64,000 nucleotides of DNA from Lama glama (taxonomy: Eukaryota): NCBI GenBank assembly GCA_028534125.1, contig CM052829.1, forward strand, positions 29,140,001 through 29,204,000. The letters are read 5' to 3'. A model generated the notes under the pieces. The model saw nothing but the letters and a program-made list of their open reading frames with translations. It was not told the origin of the DNA and searched no databases. Shown here in pieces: positions 48,048-62,140 of the stretch (position 1 is its first letter; each line of letters starts with the position of its first letter). Made by a program: the position numbers and the translations under genes.

Positions 48048-49544
48048 AAATAAAAGCCCTCTGTCATTAAATTGATCTGAAGATTGAAGTAAGAAGCCAC
48101 TCATCCTCTGTTGTAAAACTTAGGTGTGATTCACTAGTTTAAGGTACTACTAGATCTCAATTCTACCCCCTTGTCAAATCCTCAAACTAAAATTTAGAGA
48201 GCAAATGACATTACACAGAGAAGAATGAGGAATGAACAATGTTGGTAAGAATGGTGTCTTTATAAAGGGGGCAGAATTTTTTCTTCTTCTTTTTTTTTAA
48301 TCTCAGAGTTTAAACATGAATTATTAGCCAGTTTGTTAAAATAAGGTTTGCCTTCCTCACATATTTATTTGGAATGACTAAATGTTTTTTGTATTCAAAA
48401 GTGAACATGCGTGAGTCACGTGATTGTGTGCTTGGCTTTCTTCTGATAGTGAGATACAGTGAAAATCAAATAAAATATTTGATTTATATGATGACATTTA
48501 ATAGTGTTAATATGTAACACAATTTCAGCTAAGTTTTCTATGTAATGATAATGGTCTCTTAGTTTCTAAGAGAAGATTTAGTAACGATTTACTAAATAAT
48601 ACTAGTAGGCAATGTATCACATTTTAATATATCTGAGGAGAAATTTCAAGGGAGTTTTTGTGTTATCTTACCATTTCTAACCTATAGTCTATCTCTCTGG
48701 GAACCTTAATCACTCATTAAAATGAGCAGGTCATTCTCTTATAGACAGTTGATAATAAGACATATATTTCTATAAGATCATAATTACTAAATTCTCATAC
48801 ATCTGAATTAACAGAATTATTTGACAGCAAATCTACCAGAGTCAAAATATGGCAGAAAGTGGTGCATATAGTGTTGGTTGAGAGAGAGTTGTAATGTTAT
48901 GGCTAATTTTGTCATGTTAGAGGATTGAACACATCAGGCCAAAATGTTGGTTTATTTTCTTTTCGTCATCTAATTCTTATGGTCTGTTAATACTAACAAA
49001 GATAGTGATGTGTCAACCTGTGTGGTTGTCCTGGGGAGAACGGAGAGATGGGTGGTCGTGGGGAAAGGAAGGGAAGACAGAAGGAAACAGAGGAGAAGAA
49101 GAGAGTATAGCTTAACATCAGTTCATTAACACAGGTGGGAAAACCTGTAAGTATTGGATACAGGCATTAGATTCTAAGAAGGTGACAGATCTTGAAAACC
49201 TCAGAAGTTTAAATCTGGAAGGTTATGCATCATTCAATGATTTTCAAATTTTTTTTTAATAGTAAAATTCTTGTTTTGAAAGCAGGAGTTCTCAGCACTC
49301 AGATGTGTAAAATTGATAACAAAGAGCCACTGGTCCCAGAACTTGCTTACTTTCTACTCCCACCATCCCACTTCCTACCGCTTTCCTCCCTACTGCCCAG
49401 CTGCAGCAAGATGGCTTCTCTGAAAAAACACTTAGAGAAGTAAGTGCTCTCCAAGCTCCAAAGGACGGCTTGAAAACAGTGGTTAGATGCACACTCAGCA
49501 CTTTCAGATAAACAGCTCTGAAATGAAGGTACCTGCTACCATTA

Positions 49545-49750
49545 GCTATGACTGACGGTAGTTTACCAGCTTTTACTCTACCAGGGGCATGATCTATATT
49601 TTTAATCCTCACATGAACCCTACAAAATTAGTGACATTCTAAAGATAAATAGAGTGCTTAACTTTCTTAAAGCTACCTAGGGATGGAATTTCAACTTAGG
49701 TTGATCTGTCTAAGATAGAAGTTACTCTTGCCATAGTACCATCCTGCTTC
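49545..49750 (-). mobile_element. MIR SINE
   Basis: tttaatcctcacatgaaccctac…ggatggaatttcaacttagg…tctgtct…ccatagtaccatcctgcttc. Confidence 0.65.
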
Positions 49751-51499
49751 ATAATTGTAGTGTAGCTGATGAATTTCCTTGACTTGGTCTTGGATCTTTA
49801 AGTCTGCTATAAAATGAGCTATATATTAGATTTAATCCATAGTGATTAAATCCATACTACTTCATGTAAAATACTATTTCTTTCCAAAATTTGAAAGCTT
49901 TAAATGATTGTCTCTTAGTCTTCACATGAAATGGAATCTGAGACTCACTGTTTAGAATTGCTGCCGAGCTTTGGGATCTCCTCCATGAAATTCTCACCTG
50001 CTACGGAAATGCTTTGTCCTCTCTTTGATTTACCTGTATGTTATTTTTAGTTATTTGATGAAAAGTTGCTGCATGGCTGTCTAAGCAAACCCTTAGAAAC
50101 ACATCTATTATCTGTTGTCTCATAAGAGCATGTATAGTAGAAGAAAAATTTGGGGGCTAAAGAACTCAGACTAAAGATTAGGGTTTGAAAATAATTTTAA
50201 GACTTTGTTTGCAATGGGGTATTTTAGGACTAGAATTATGGGCTTATTTCAATGTGCTCTTCCAAACCATATTATCATGTGTCTGTTGGTGCTTTTGCCC
50301 TCGGCACAGAGAAGATAGTTTACCACTTTTGAGTTGCTTATTAAAAACAGTGGGAGTTGGAGGCAGTGTAGGGTCACAGAGTGAAAGGCTGTAATGGACT
50401 GCGTGAAGGGTGAGCCACTTCGTAAGGGCTGGTTTTTAATGTGAGTACTATTACCCTTGTGGACATAAATGCACCATGAAGAATGCCTAAATTACAGCAG
50501 ACAGAAATGGCATGCTGAGACAGGAATATTTTTCTGTTATTTCAGGTACATAATATATCTAAGTTAGATATGTCCCAATATATCTCAAGGGGAGAAAACA
50601 GCCCTGTGTTAAAAAAAAAAAGAAAAAAATTAATATTGGTGTCAGTGCTAGAGAACTTCTAACCTCCTAAATGAAGTAGGGGTAAGAATACAGAGTAATT
50701 TCAAACACTATACAGTCACCTTTACCATGTGCCTTAAAATCAATACATAGTCCAAGGAAACAAAATTACTTTTCCTTGAGGGGAGTGTGACTGAAAGTAC
50801 AGTTATGACCTTATACTTTGCTCTCCAAAAATAAGCTTGCCTCATGATGGCTAAAGAACAGTCTCAGACACTCAGTTTAAAGCTTTGTCTTTCAAGCACA
50901 AGAAGACTGTCAGAGGAGAAATTATACAGAAATCGCAATGGAAGCTAAGTGATTAAATTAGAGAGTCTTTAAAAATAGGTTATGTTAATTTTCTCATATA
51001 GTTAATATTGTGAAAAATATAGAACTATGTGTATATATTTATCATTGCATAAAAAGATGCTTTGAAAATATTGGAAGACTGTCAGTTTTCCAACCTTACT
51101 TCTATGGAGAGTACAATGCTATGTTGTACAGATCTCTTCCTCCTCTCTCAGAGAGGAAATTATTGATTGAGAAATATTTCTCAATGAAGTGAAATTTTTG
51201 TATATTAGAGCACATGACAACTTACAAATGCCAGCTACATCATGAAGTCTTCACCTAAGGACATAGATTAAAATGATATGCTGACTTGCTTCTTATAGTT
51301 TATGAGAATAAATTAAATAGGACAATTCCACAAATTTCATCAAGTCAATTATATATTTCTGTACCTTGCCTCCTCCCCTCAGTTCTGATGTAGTTGATGA
51401 ATTAGATAGAAAAGTGGAATGGTAAGTCTGACTATTTAAAAATTGTATTTTGAGTGTATGACTTTTATCCAAGCCAGGTTAGACTTCATGGATCATTGT

Positions 51500-51675
51500 A
51501 AGAAATGCTTTTCTATCTATTCCTAGGCCTTTTTTAAATATGTCATTTTGCTTAATTCTCGTACAAGCCCTCTCAGGTACATATTAACTCATGCTATAGG
51601 TGAGGGAACTGAGTGGTTAAGTAAATTCTAGAAGTTTCATGTCTTTGGACAGCCAAGATTGAGAATCCAAGTATG
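51500..51675 (-). mobile_element. MIR fragment
   Basis: ttaattctcgtacaagccct…aggtacatatta…ataggtgagggaactgagtggttaagtaa. Confidence 0.65.
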
Positions 51676-51760
51676 TAGAGCTATAGGAGAAAGATCTCAC
51701 TTTGGGATTCTATATAAGCAAATTTCAGTTGAGGTCCTTCTTTAGAGACTACAGAAAAGG

Positions 51761-51801
51761 AAAACAAAAACAAAAACAAGACAAAAACAAAAACAAAACA
51801 A
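51761..51801. repeat. (CAAAAA)n repeat
   Basis: aaaacaaaaacaaaaacaagacaaaaacaaaaacaaaaca. Confidence 0.9.
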
Positions 51802-51849
51802 GTCTTGACGGCTGAGTTGGAAGTTTGGCAAAAGTTATCTCTCTCATGA

Positions 51850-52399
51850 TTTTTCCAATTCCAAATAATGGAAAGCGCAACTCAAAATGTCTTTAAACCA
51901 TAGTTGTGGAAAGCTGCTTTCACATAACAAGAGGTCCTGGGTTGGTTACTTAAATGGTTTAGTGATGTCCTCAAGGTTCTAGGTTCTTTTGTCTCTCTGC
52001 TCCTTCACTTTTGGAGGTCATCTTTTAACCTCAGGCTAGCTCTCCTCATGGGTATAAGATCTGCAGCTATTCTAGGTATTAATTTCAGATATGAAGATAA
52101 AGAGGTTGTCTCTTCATTATGCCTGTTTTTATTTTTTAAAAATAAACATAAAAAACCTTTCTGAGCTTCCCATCAACAGATTGGTCTTCTTGTCCAATTG
52201 GCCAAAATTAAGTCCCATATCTATGCCTAAACCAATCAGCAGTTAGCAGAATAAGACATGGTTGGCTTATGCCTTCCTCCCCTAGCTGAAGCTGAAGCTG
52301 AAGCTAGCGCCAGCTTCCCCTGATGCACATGGCTAGCCAGATTGGAATGGAATAAGGATGAGGAGGATATTGGTTAGGCAAACAACAGTGCCTATTACA
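51850..52399 (-). mobile_element. MaLR LTR (MLT1J/K-like)
   Basis: tcacataacaagaggtcc…cctcaggctagctctcctcatgg…attggccaaaatt…cctaaaccaatca…gatattggttaggcaaacaacagtgcctattaca. Confidence 0.8.
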
Positions 52400-54589
52400 G
52401 AACTATTTGGTATAGATATGGTAGGACGGATATATAGGTAGTAGAATTCAGAAGCTTTGGGATTTGGAAGAGTTAGACAAAAAAAGCAATTATTAAAGTA
52501 GCATGAGAGTCTCTTAATGCATTGTCAGCCTAGTATCAATTTTTTCTTCTATTCAAAGTATTTACTGTATCTGTAACTTGACAAGTGGGAAACCTTCATG
52601 CCCTTAATAAATTTATTTTAGTTTTCTGACCTGCAAATGTTACTACCCAGAGTTTTTGTAATCTTGTTTTCCTCCTGAGTTTTATGACATAGAAGAAATA
52701 AGGTAACATACTTTATATAAACTCAAAATCTAAAAATGTGTCAACTGTTATGTAATATAGATGACCACATGCTAAAGATATGTTTAATTCATTAATGAGC
52801 GGGATGGTAAGGCTGGTTCAAAAGATTATGGAAACAAGGGAAGCATTTGTAGTCACTGAAAGGAAGAATGCTGGAGTAAGATTCTTAATTTTATACTAAG
52901 TAAATGAATGTCTAAGAGGGCAATGCATTTGAAACCTTTGAGGTTATCTTTACTGCTAAACAGAAGTTATTTGCCTCTCTCCAAGACAAAATTTATTTGA
53001 AGTGTTATCATTTAAATATCATTTGTATTGCCATGAACTTTCTGCAGATTAACACCTTCTCTTACAGATTTATAAAACATCTTGATCACCAATGAGTAGT
53101 GACTCAGACAAAGGTACATACTATTAAAGAATCGCATAATCCTTAGGCGAGGGATATGTAGTCATTCTTTCCTCCTAGTTCCAAATTTTTAACAGGTCCC
53201 CCTTATGATCATAAATACTCTCCAAAGATAATTCTTGTTAAAAACAACAAAAGATGTTTAAAATACATGGAGCACATCAAACAAATAATGCTATTTCCAT
53301 GGTCTCATAAGGTAAGAGAACAACAGATCTTTGTGTTTGTCCAAAGGCCTATAGGAAGCGTCACAGTTTACCAGGAAAGACTTCTTGAAATGTTTATTTT
53401 TCTGAATTTAGAGTCTTACCATTCAGGCAGAATCAAAAGACTTATTGCAAGAGATTGATCACTTGACTAAGGTAGTAGCATAGGTGCCTGAGAATAAGGA
53501 ATAATATCAGTATATTACTAATATAAATATTGATTATGCTAGTAATTATATTAACATGTCAATTGCTATTAATATTTAGTATTTAAAAATAAAATAGAAT
53601 GGAACACAATTGTAAGAAAACTCTTCTAGAAGTAGTAAAGTTGTGCTTGTTTTAAATAATCAAAACTAGAATAAAATCAACTTAATGTACAAAAGATATT
53701 GGAAAGATACAGAATCTCTGCTCAAGTTACACAGAAGGCTGGGAATAATTTTTACAACCCTTTCTTAAGAGGAGATTGGAATGGCTAAGATCAATTTCTT
53801 ACTTTAACAGAAAGAAAACATAATTACAATCTGGCATTAATGTGATATTTGGCAGTAGAAGCCAAGAAAAAATTACAAAAAAAGCCTATCAAAACTGAGC
53901 CAAAGTTTTCAACACAATTCATTGCTTCTTTTTAGGGCTTATAATTTGCAGATATTATACTCCAAGATAAATAATTTTTCTCTGCAAACTTCTTAGAATT
54001 TCTTATAGCCATTGAAATTTTGTATGGATTAATTTCTTTCAAAGTTCTGAAATAATCATACTTTTTTTTTTTTACTGTAAGACAAAATTACTCTCTTCCT
54101 TGGCATATAACAGGTTGTCCCTTGGTTCATGGGCACCTCCCACTTAATGTCAAAAATCTGTTTCTGAAAATCAGATACTCTGTTGAAAATGCTAATAAGG
54201 AGTCAATTTCCTATTATTTTAAATGGGAAAAATTGTAATGTGTTGGATTGCCAACCAAAATGCCCGATCAGTTAGTTAAAATGTAGCTAAAACATAGCAT
54301 ACATGATAGATTATCAAAGTAGGAGGGACAATATTTGAAAATATTTTTCCTGATCCAAATAATTAATGTGATTCAAATAATTAAATTTATTAGAGTTGCT
54401 TTGCATGGAATACAATGCTCTGTATTCATTATATCTGCAAACATACCACTTGTAGTCACTCTGAGCTTTTCAAAATGTTTATACAATTCTGATGTTTTAC
54501 TAACTGTATTTGAATGTAGCCCACAACTCTTGCCATGCATAGTTTTATTTATATACCATGTTGTGTTTCTGAGTTGTGAGAAAAATATT

Positions 54590-54712
54590 TCTTCAGATAT
54601 ACTTGATTTACAATGTTGTGTTAGTTTCAGGTGTACAGCAAAGTGATTCAGCTATATATATATTATTTTTTAGATTTTTTCCATTATAGGTTATTATAAG
54701 GTATTGAATATG
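54590..54712 (-). mobile_element. Artiodactyl-type L1 3' end, antisense
   Basis: ttgatttacaatgttgtgttagtttcaggtgtacagcaaagtgattcag…ttccattataggttattataaggtattgaatat is the reverse complement of the cetartiodactyl L1 terminus. Confidence 0.85.
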
Positions 54713-56064
54713 AATAGAGTTCTTGAAAATAGAGTTAAGAGTTACTTAACATTAAAGTATTAAGATTAAGAGGAAACAATACCACCATTCACTTTTGTGC
54801 ACTGTTTGGTACCATAGACCTGCAGTAAGTTGTTGAATACAAGAATGAGCTTTTCTCAATTTTTTTTTATTGAGAGCATGTATTAATTACCTTGAAATTT
54901 AAATTTTTTTGTATGAATAAGTAGAAGAAATGATAATGTTGATAAAAAAGAGAAAAGGAGGTATTTTAGAAAATGATTTAAGCTAACTGCTGTTAATGTA
55001 CTCTGCCATTGCTAAATTGGGTTCTTTGAGCTTTTCTACATAGATGAATGGGATAGGTCTACTTAAAAGATGATCTGAATGGATTTAATTCCAACCCTGT
55101 TCTAGTTTCTTCTCATTCTGTGTGTAGAAATGATCTCTGGTGCTTTTGTTACCATTCTTATACTAATGGTTAACACTATAATCATATTTCATTGTGTTTA
55201 TACTTTTTCTGTGTGCTATATAAAATCTTTGGAATTTTAGACCATTGCAGCAGTTTTGGAAGATGATATTTCATGTTATGTTTTATAACTTAACTTGGCT
55301 ATTGAGAGTACATTAATTGTGAAACCTTGCTTTATGTGATAACCTCTGCTTTTGATTTTTTTTCTTTTTACTGAATTACTCAGGTAGATTCATTGCCAGT
55401 GAAATCAAGAAAGGGTATCCTTAGCTTGGTAGAGGTGACTATTTCTTCTGTTCTCTTTTACTCAAAACTAAAATCGATGAAGACAATAAGCCAGTGGGAA
55501 GAGCTGACTATTGCTGTTATATGTCACATTCCTCATCCTAAAGTCCCGGTTTCTCACTAGTCACAATGTTTATATAAAGCCTTTGTACAGAAATCCATTA
55601 AAAAAAATAGGACAGCTTTCATGTTATTGTCTTATTTGTGCAGGCTGAGGAGTTTTTTACTGGACCGATGGCAGTGGTCCAAAAGTTACTTGGAATTTCA
55701 AATGCTCTATTTCTGTGTTTAGAAAGTGAAGGCCTATAGGCCCTAAGAAATCATTAGAGTGGAATGAATAAAGAGAAATGCATGGTCAACAGAAATGATT
55801 TATAATTTTCATACAGGTTCCTTTTATGCTGCTTTTAAACATTCACTACCCTTTTTTATGGACACAACTATACTTGTTTTTACTGTAATGTTATACTATA
55901 CTACTATAATAACAATAGTATACCATAGAAGGAGATAATTTCCTTTGTGCTCAATTTTCCTGTATTTCCTGAATCCCCAAGTTCAATGCATTCTAAAAGA
56001 TATTTGAGTAGTAGCACCAGAATAGTACCTTTAACATCATCAAAATGAGTTTCCATTAAGTCTA

Positions 56065-56420
56065 AAAGAGACTTTGGAGATTATATCTAGTCTAAACTTT
56101 CATTTTACAAATAGAATAATGTAGAAATAGGTAAATTGACACAGTAGTCAGAATAACCTGAATTCAAATTCAGCTTCTATTGTTTGCTATTTGGTCATGA
56201 CATATAACCTATCTAAGCTTCCATTTTCCCATCAGTAAATTAGAAATAGTAAAATTTATTCTCTCTCTCTCTCTCTTCTCCATCCCTCCCTCAATTTTGC
56301 AATATCAGTGAAAGGAAATGTTTGTGCAGCATCTGGTAGTGTCTAGCATGTACTTGGTGTTTAATAAATATTATTTCTTCTCTTCCCATGGCCCAAGGTG
56401 ACATGGCTGGTTAGTAATCT
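56065..56420. mobile_element. MIR (+, ~56150-56380) apparently nested in an antisense MIR/MIR3
   Basis: Antisense pieces gactttggagattatatctagtctaa…cattttacaaat and cccaaggtgacatggctggttagt flank the sense cctgaattcaaattcagct…tttccccatcagtaaa…taataaatattatttc. Confidence 0.55.
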
Positions 56421-58349
56421 CAATAATCTGTAAGGAATTGATTTGGATTTCTTTCACTTACTTTTTTTTTAGCAAGGAATAAATTGTCTTTCCCCATTAT
56501 ACTTTTTTCAACAACTCACTAGAAATTATTTTATGTCCAATTCAGAAAATTACCTTTCCTACATAATTGTTCACTGAATACAGGTGCTTTGCACTATGAC
56601 ACATAATGATATCTGAAAATGATCTCCATACAACAGTACTGTAGGTCAACAGTATTGTAGGTCACCTTGAACTTTTCAAATATTATTCTTAACAAGGATA
56701 GAATAAGACAATGGAAATAATTTTGGAAAAGGTTTATTACTTCTCAACTTTTTAAGACTGTCTGCGTAATTATTTTTCTGTTTAGCTTACTGAATTGTTC
56801 TGTGATCATTCTCATTTCAAAATCTGAAAAATGAAATATATTATTTTACTTTCAATTTTATTTAATGTTGGGAACAGCTGCAGCCTATAATGTCATAAAG
56901 GCATAAGAAGAAGATACGCAACAGCATTTGAAACATTGAGAAACTGAAAACATTTTAAAACAGTTTCTTTTGCTACCAAAATTGTGTATCTGTTATTTGT
57001 ATACGAATAACTTTAAGCAAGCACCAGTAAATATCTAGAGTTGAAAATTTGCATCTAATTCTGTCTGATATGGTTTATTGTTACTATTTTTTAAATCAGT
57101 TTTCTATCATGCAAACTGATTTTTTTTTTTTTAGCTTAAAGTAAAACTTGTGCAAGTACTTATTCAGCACCTACATACTTGGGAAAAATTTGAACCTTTT
57201 ATCAGAGACTAGAGATACTCCGAGGTTGCTAGTTGTGTGTTCTTGTTCTAATGAGAAAATAGATTGTGTTGGCTCTTCAGATGCCTTGGTTTCCTCTTTT
57301 GAAGAATGAGCGAAAGGTAGGTTCAGTTATCTCTGCTCTTTAGATACCTCATCTACATATGGTGTTAATAATGAATTTTAGGGACTTTATGAACCTTTTA
57401 AAATTGTCATATAGGTGGTGTTTGTATGTTTCTGTGTATAGATATGTATGTGATTTTCCAGAAAGATGTTAGATGCTGAATATCAGAAGAATCACACATA
57501 ATAGGACAGAATTCTTTAGATTCCCCTAAATTGGACAGTTCTCTAAAGCACAGTTCTTAGGGGAAAGTTGAGTTTTTAATAGGGAACAAAACTCACCCTT
57601 TGCTCATCTCTTGGCCTGTTATCTTGTACTGACTCAATCAAAGATGCTATCTTTCTACAAAGTCTCCTCTATGTCTTTTTAATTCCATCTTGACTACTTC
57701 AAAGAGAGTTAGTCATATCCAGAGTTTAAAGGATTTAAAAATCCTTTATTTTCAAAGGATTTTTCTCAGAATTTTTTTTCCTCCCAATAATATAATGTTT
57801 GTAGGTTATTTCTGTTACCAGATGAACTCTTTTTTGATGTTCCTCTTGCCACACAGTGTTGGGATTAAAGCCTTATTTTGGGGGGTTTATATACAGGATG
57901 AACAGGAGTTGGAAATTCCCTTCCCTACATTTTCTTCCTCATACTTGTTCATGGAAAAGCTTAAATAAATTACTTTATTGTGTTCTCCATTTCCTGCAAC
58001 TCATTATTGCGGGAAAAACCATAAATAAAAACAAGCAGAATAACTAAGAACAAAACATCATCAAACAACAAAATATTGGATAGCAAACATTATTAAACAA
58101 TAAAATAAACACTGAAGGGATTTGTGCTCCACTTTATGCTGTGAATACCCTGGACTCAATATCTTGCATTCAAAGCTTTTTCTCCCTGATCTGTTCAGCC
58201 AGTGTTAGAGAGGACCATGTGACTTACTACACATTTCCCAAGGGTGAGAATATTTACAACCTGTAAAGGATTTAGTGTTTTGGGGAGATACACCCAATAA
58301 CTTATGCAGAAAATGGAAGCAATCGAAGCATCTTTTATTATGAACTTAT

Positions 58350-58548
58350 TATTTTGGAAGACTCAGGCTCTATATTCTAACACTTATGACTTGGACCTAA
58401 GTGTGCATGATTTGGGCAAATGATCCTATCTTTAAAGGTAACATCGGGACATCAATAGTTGCCCTTCTTTTTCCAGAGGGTAGCTGTAAGAATCAAAGTA
58501 ACACATGGTTGTGAACATATTGTGAAATGGTGAAAGCACATTTTAATA
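58350..58548 (+). mobile_element. MIR fragment
   Basis: tgatttgggcaaatga…gagggtagctgtaagaatcaaag…tgtgaacatattgtgaaatggtgaaagcac. Confidence 0.6.
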
Positions 58549-59424
58549 ACCCCAGCATTAAGTACTAAGGATCTCATGTTAGTAAAGTAAATGGTTTGGC
58601 CTTGTATCTTTAATTATTCCATGTCATGTTAATAGCCAGTACTTCAAAGGAGAGAGTGAATTATGTGGTTCACAGAAGTGCATCATATTTCATTTCATTG
58701 GCTCATGATATTTTATCCCATGACTGTAGGTAGCAACGGCAAAGTGGAGAGAGAGAGTGGGAAGCAAGGACCAAGTACCCTGAAGTATATGGAAATAAAG
58801 TGGCTGAAATAGGAGTTGACCAGGTTCCGAAAAGAACAGAGTAGCTTTTAGTCAGAAACTAGACAGTCAAGTAGAAGAATTTCAGGGAGATGAGACAAAT
58901 GGCCAGTAATTAGTACTGTGTTTTATTTTCTTTTCCTAATAGTGCCTACAGTAGAAGTTTACTGTGATAAACATTTAGTGATTAAAATTGCTTCTTGCAG
59001 TTTAGTTTCTGAGGTCATTTTAGTCATAACGAATAATTCATCATTTCATTCTGTTATTTTCAATCTTATTTGAACTTTACATAGTTTATGTAGTAACAAT
59101 TATACTGAAATGGAGGTAAAGATAGAAGATAATTATATGTAGGTAATAATAGCATTTTAAAAAGGAAGATGGAAGACACCAGGAAGGGACAAAATTCTGC
59201 TCTGTAAAATTTCCTTCCCCCGAGTAAAATATGTATAATTTTTAGTTATATAGAATATTTCATGAAATTACTTCGGCTTCTTTGAAAAAGAGAGCTTCTA
59301 CATATATAGTAAGAGTAATTATTTTGAAAAATTGTCTTTGTTTTCAGATTCCTGAGAGATGTTTTTCTCAACATTTCTTCTTTATTTTATTTTCAGTAGA
59401 GATTTGTCATGCTCATTTTTTCCT

Positions 59425-59860
59425 CTGATTTTATAACTAGTACATGTATAGTGTACAAAAATTTAAATAACTCAGAAAACCATAAAAATCACAAATAAGT
59501 CTCATAACCAAGAAAAACCACTGTCAATATTTGATGTTATTTTATTTTCCTCCCAATGAGAGTCTATATACACTCTGTATTATATGGTGTGTATGTAGTG
59601 TTTATGTGTATGTATATGTATGTTTATATGATGAAATAATGATCCTGTAGGATATAAGAGTCCTTCTGTTTTTGTTACCTAATACATTATCAGTATTTCC
59701 TCATCTTCCAAGATAATTTTGGGATGGGTAATATGTAGAGATTCTTTGTCATATAAAAGTAACATATATTTTAAAATATTTCCACAATATTAGGCATATC
59801 TGATATCTTTTCTTCTTTTTTTCCTATTATAATTAATGCTGTATTGAGTATCCAAAAACT
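59425..59860 (-). mobile_element. Old L1 3' UTR (L1ME4/L1MC-like)
   Basis: tacatgtatagtgtacaaaaatttaaa…aaaatcac…aaccactgtcaatatttg…cctattataattaatgctgtattgag. Confidence 0.6.
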
Positions 59861-60545
59861 TATATAGTTTATAATTGTCATCTTTGGGAAGACTGATTCA
59901 ATAGGAACTAGTCAGTCTTGTCCGGAGGCAAAGCAGAACTTATGTTTCATTTACTTACTTTATTATATTTCCCCTCTACTGTAAAACATAATAATTTCTA
60001 TATATATAAGAAAGTAACTTATATTTCTTATTTATTGAACTATAACTCTCCCTTTAATATGTGTAGTTAATTTGTTTTATTTCTGTAAAGATTTGTGAAG
60101 TGCTAGATCCAAAAAGGCATACTGTGTCCACAGATTACACCTGAAACATATTTCTTGACTGTACTGGAGTTAAACAGAGCAAGAAACAAGTCTTCTTTTT
60201 CACGTTAAGAAAGGAGGAGTTTTAATGTGTTTAAAATACAACCTAATTTATATGCTTATAACAGTTCTGAAGTTGATTAAAGTCTGTAGGGTGAATGGAA
60301 ATTGCATGTAGTTCTCATTTTAGTTGACCTTCCATGTTAATTAGGACACTTTTTTTCTCATTTATTTTGTAGTTAAGTACATTTCTTTGTCTAGTAAACT
60401 TTGATTCTGTTTTTTTGGCTTCTTCTTGCTTTAATGAAGTTGATCACTTTCAGATCCCTTTTGACCTTCCTCATGATTTTGGATAACAAATCAAAGTACT
60501 ATGATGAAGATAATTCAGTCAGTTCTAGTGATAATCTATTACCAG

Positions 60546-61600
60546 CTCATTCATTCAATCATTCATTTAATAAATATTCATTTAATAGTATATGTGCCAG
60601 GCACTCTTTGAGGCACTTGAGAGAAATTTATGAATGAAACAGATGACATTCTTTACCCTCAAGGAGCTTAATTTTGATGAGAAGAAAGATAATAAAAAGT
60701 GAGAAGTAAAATATACAGTGTTTCTGAGTGCCATGGAGAAAACTAAACACTAAAAAGATTGTGATTGATCAAGCCATGCAGATATCCAGAGGAAAAGCAT
60801 TTCAAGCAGAGGGATCAGCCAGTGGGAAATTCCTAAAGGAGGAGCATGCCAGCATTTGGGCTGAAGAAGAGTGACCGTCAGGGTTTGTGGTAGGAGAGAA
60901 GGTCAGGGCAGTAATAGTGATTCTTTGGGCCCGTCAGCAGGACTTTGCAGGGTTTTGAGTGGAGAGACGTGATTTGACTTAAATCTTGACAGGGTCAAAC
61001 TGCCTGAAGGATGTGAAGAGTGGATACTGGGATGATGTGTAGAAAAAGGGAGACCAGTTAGGAGCCTGTTGTCATAATCGATAAGTGAGAGAAGATTGTG
61101 ACTTGGGACCAGGAGATAGTCAAAGGAGGTGATTAAACATTAGAGTTAATGGGGTTGAGTGATAGATTGGATTTGTGGTGTCAAGTATGAATAAAAAGTA
61201 TTTTGGCCTGAGCACTCCGAAGGATAGAATGGATATGAACTGAGATGGGGATGAATGTAGGTGGGACAGATGTTTGGGAAAGAACTGGAGTTAACTTTTA
61301 GAGACATTGAATTTGAAATACCTACTTGTTTTCCAAGTCTGATATTTGGGAGAGAGGACTGTTTGGGAGTTTTCAGTATATAGGTGATATTTGAAACCAG
61401 GAAAATGAGATAATAACCCAATGGTAGGTATGAACAGAGAGCAGAAGAGTTCCAAGGACTGAATCAAGCATTACTCTAATGTCTAGAGATCAAAGATGAG
61501 GAGAAATATGCAAAGAGAACTAAGCAGTAGTGGCCTGTGTCATCAGAGGAATATGCACCATGCTGACAACTATAGCAACAGATACTGAGAAAGATGCAGG
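60546..61600 (-). mobile_element. L2 (L2a-like), ~1 kb
   Basis: Starts with the (TCAT)n tail then tatgtgccaggcactct…gcatttcaagcagaggg…gggagaccagttaggag…tttggcctgagcact…tttagagacattgaatttgaaatacct. Confidence 0.9.
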
Positions 61601-62140
61601 TGAATTTAGAGTAGAATAGAATTATAAAAATCTGTGCTTTTCTACCTTTATCAATAAAAGAAGGAAAATAGTGTGAAACAAAGTGTGAAATTAATATTAA
61701 AATGCACACTGGGGAGGTCCTGGAAAATCAGAAGATGGGTACTATATATTTGTTTCTGTGGCTGTCTTCTATCTTTTTTATGTATCAGGGGAAAAAATGA
61801 AATAAGTTTAATTGCAACATATGATGAAATATGATCATACCTGCAGTAGAAACATTTTTGCTTCTCAGGATATGGTTCTTGAACTGAGACCAGGGGATAC
61901 CCATAAGCAGGTGTAAGATTTGTCTTATAAACAAATTTGGAGTGACCACTAACACAAAGATAACTGGATGATGGAAGAGCCCACATCCTTGATCACTATA
62001 CATGGACACATATTTATTATATAATTGCCTTTAATAATTTGTAATTTTCTTATTAGCATAATGGAATATTAGGATACTAGATCTACAAGGGAAGGTAATT
62101 TTAGTAACATTTATGGAATGTTTTAAGACAATTATTGAAT

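Noticed and set aside
7492-57640. Scattered AP-1 heptamers (e.g. 7492, 10939, 29635, 36049)
   Set aside because: The number seen is roughly what chance gives in 64 kb. Only the composite site at 48412 was kept.
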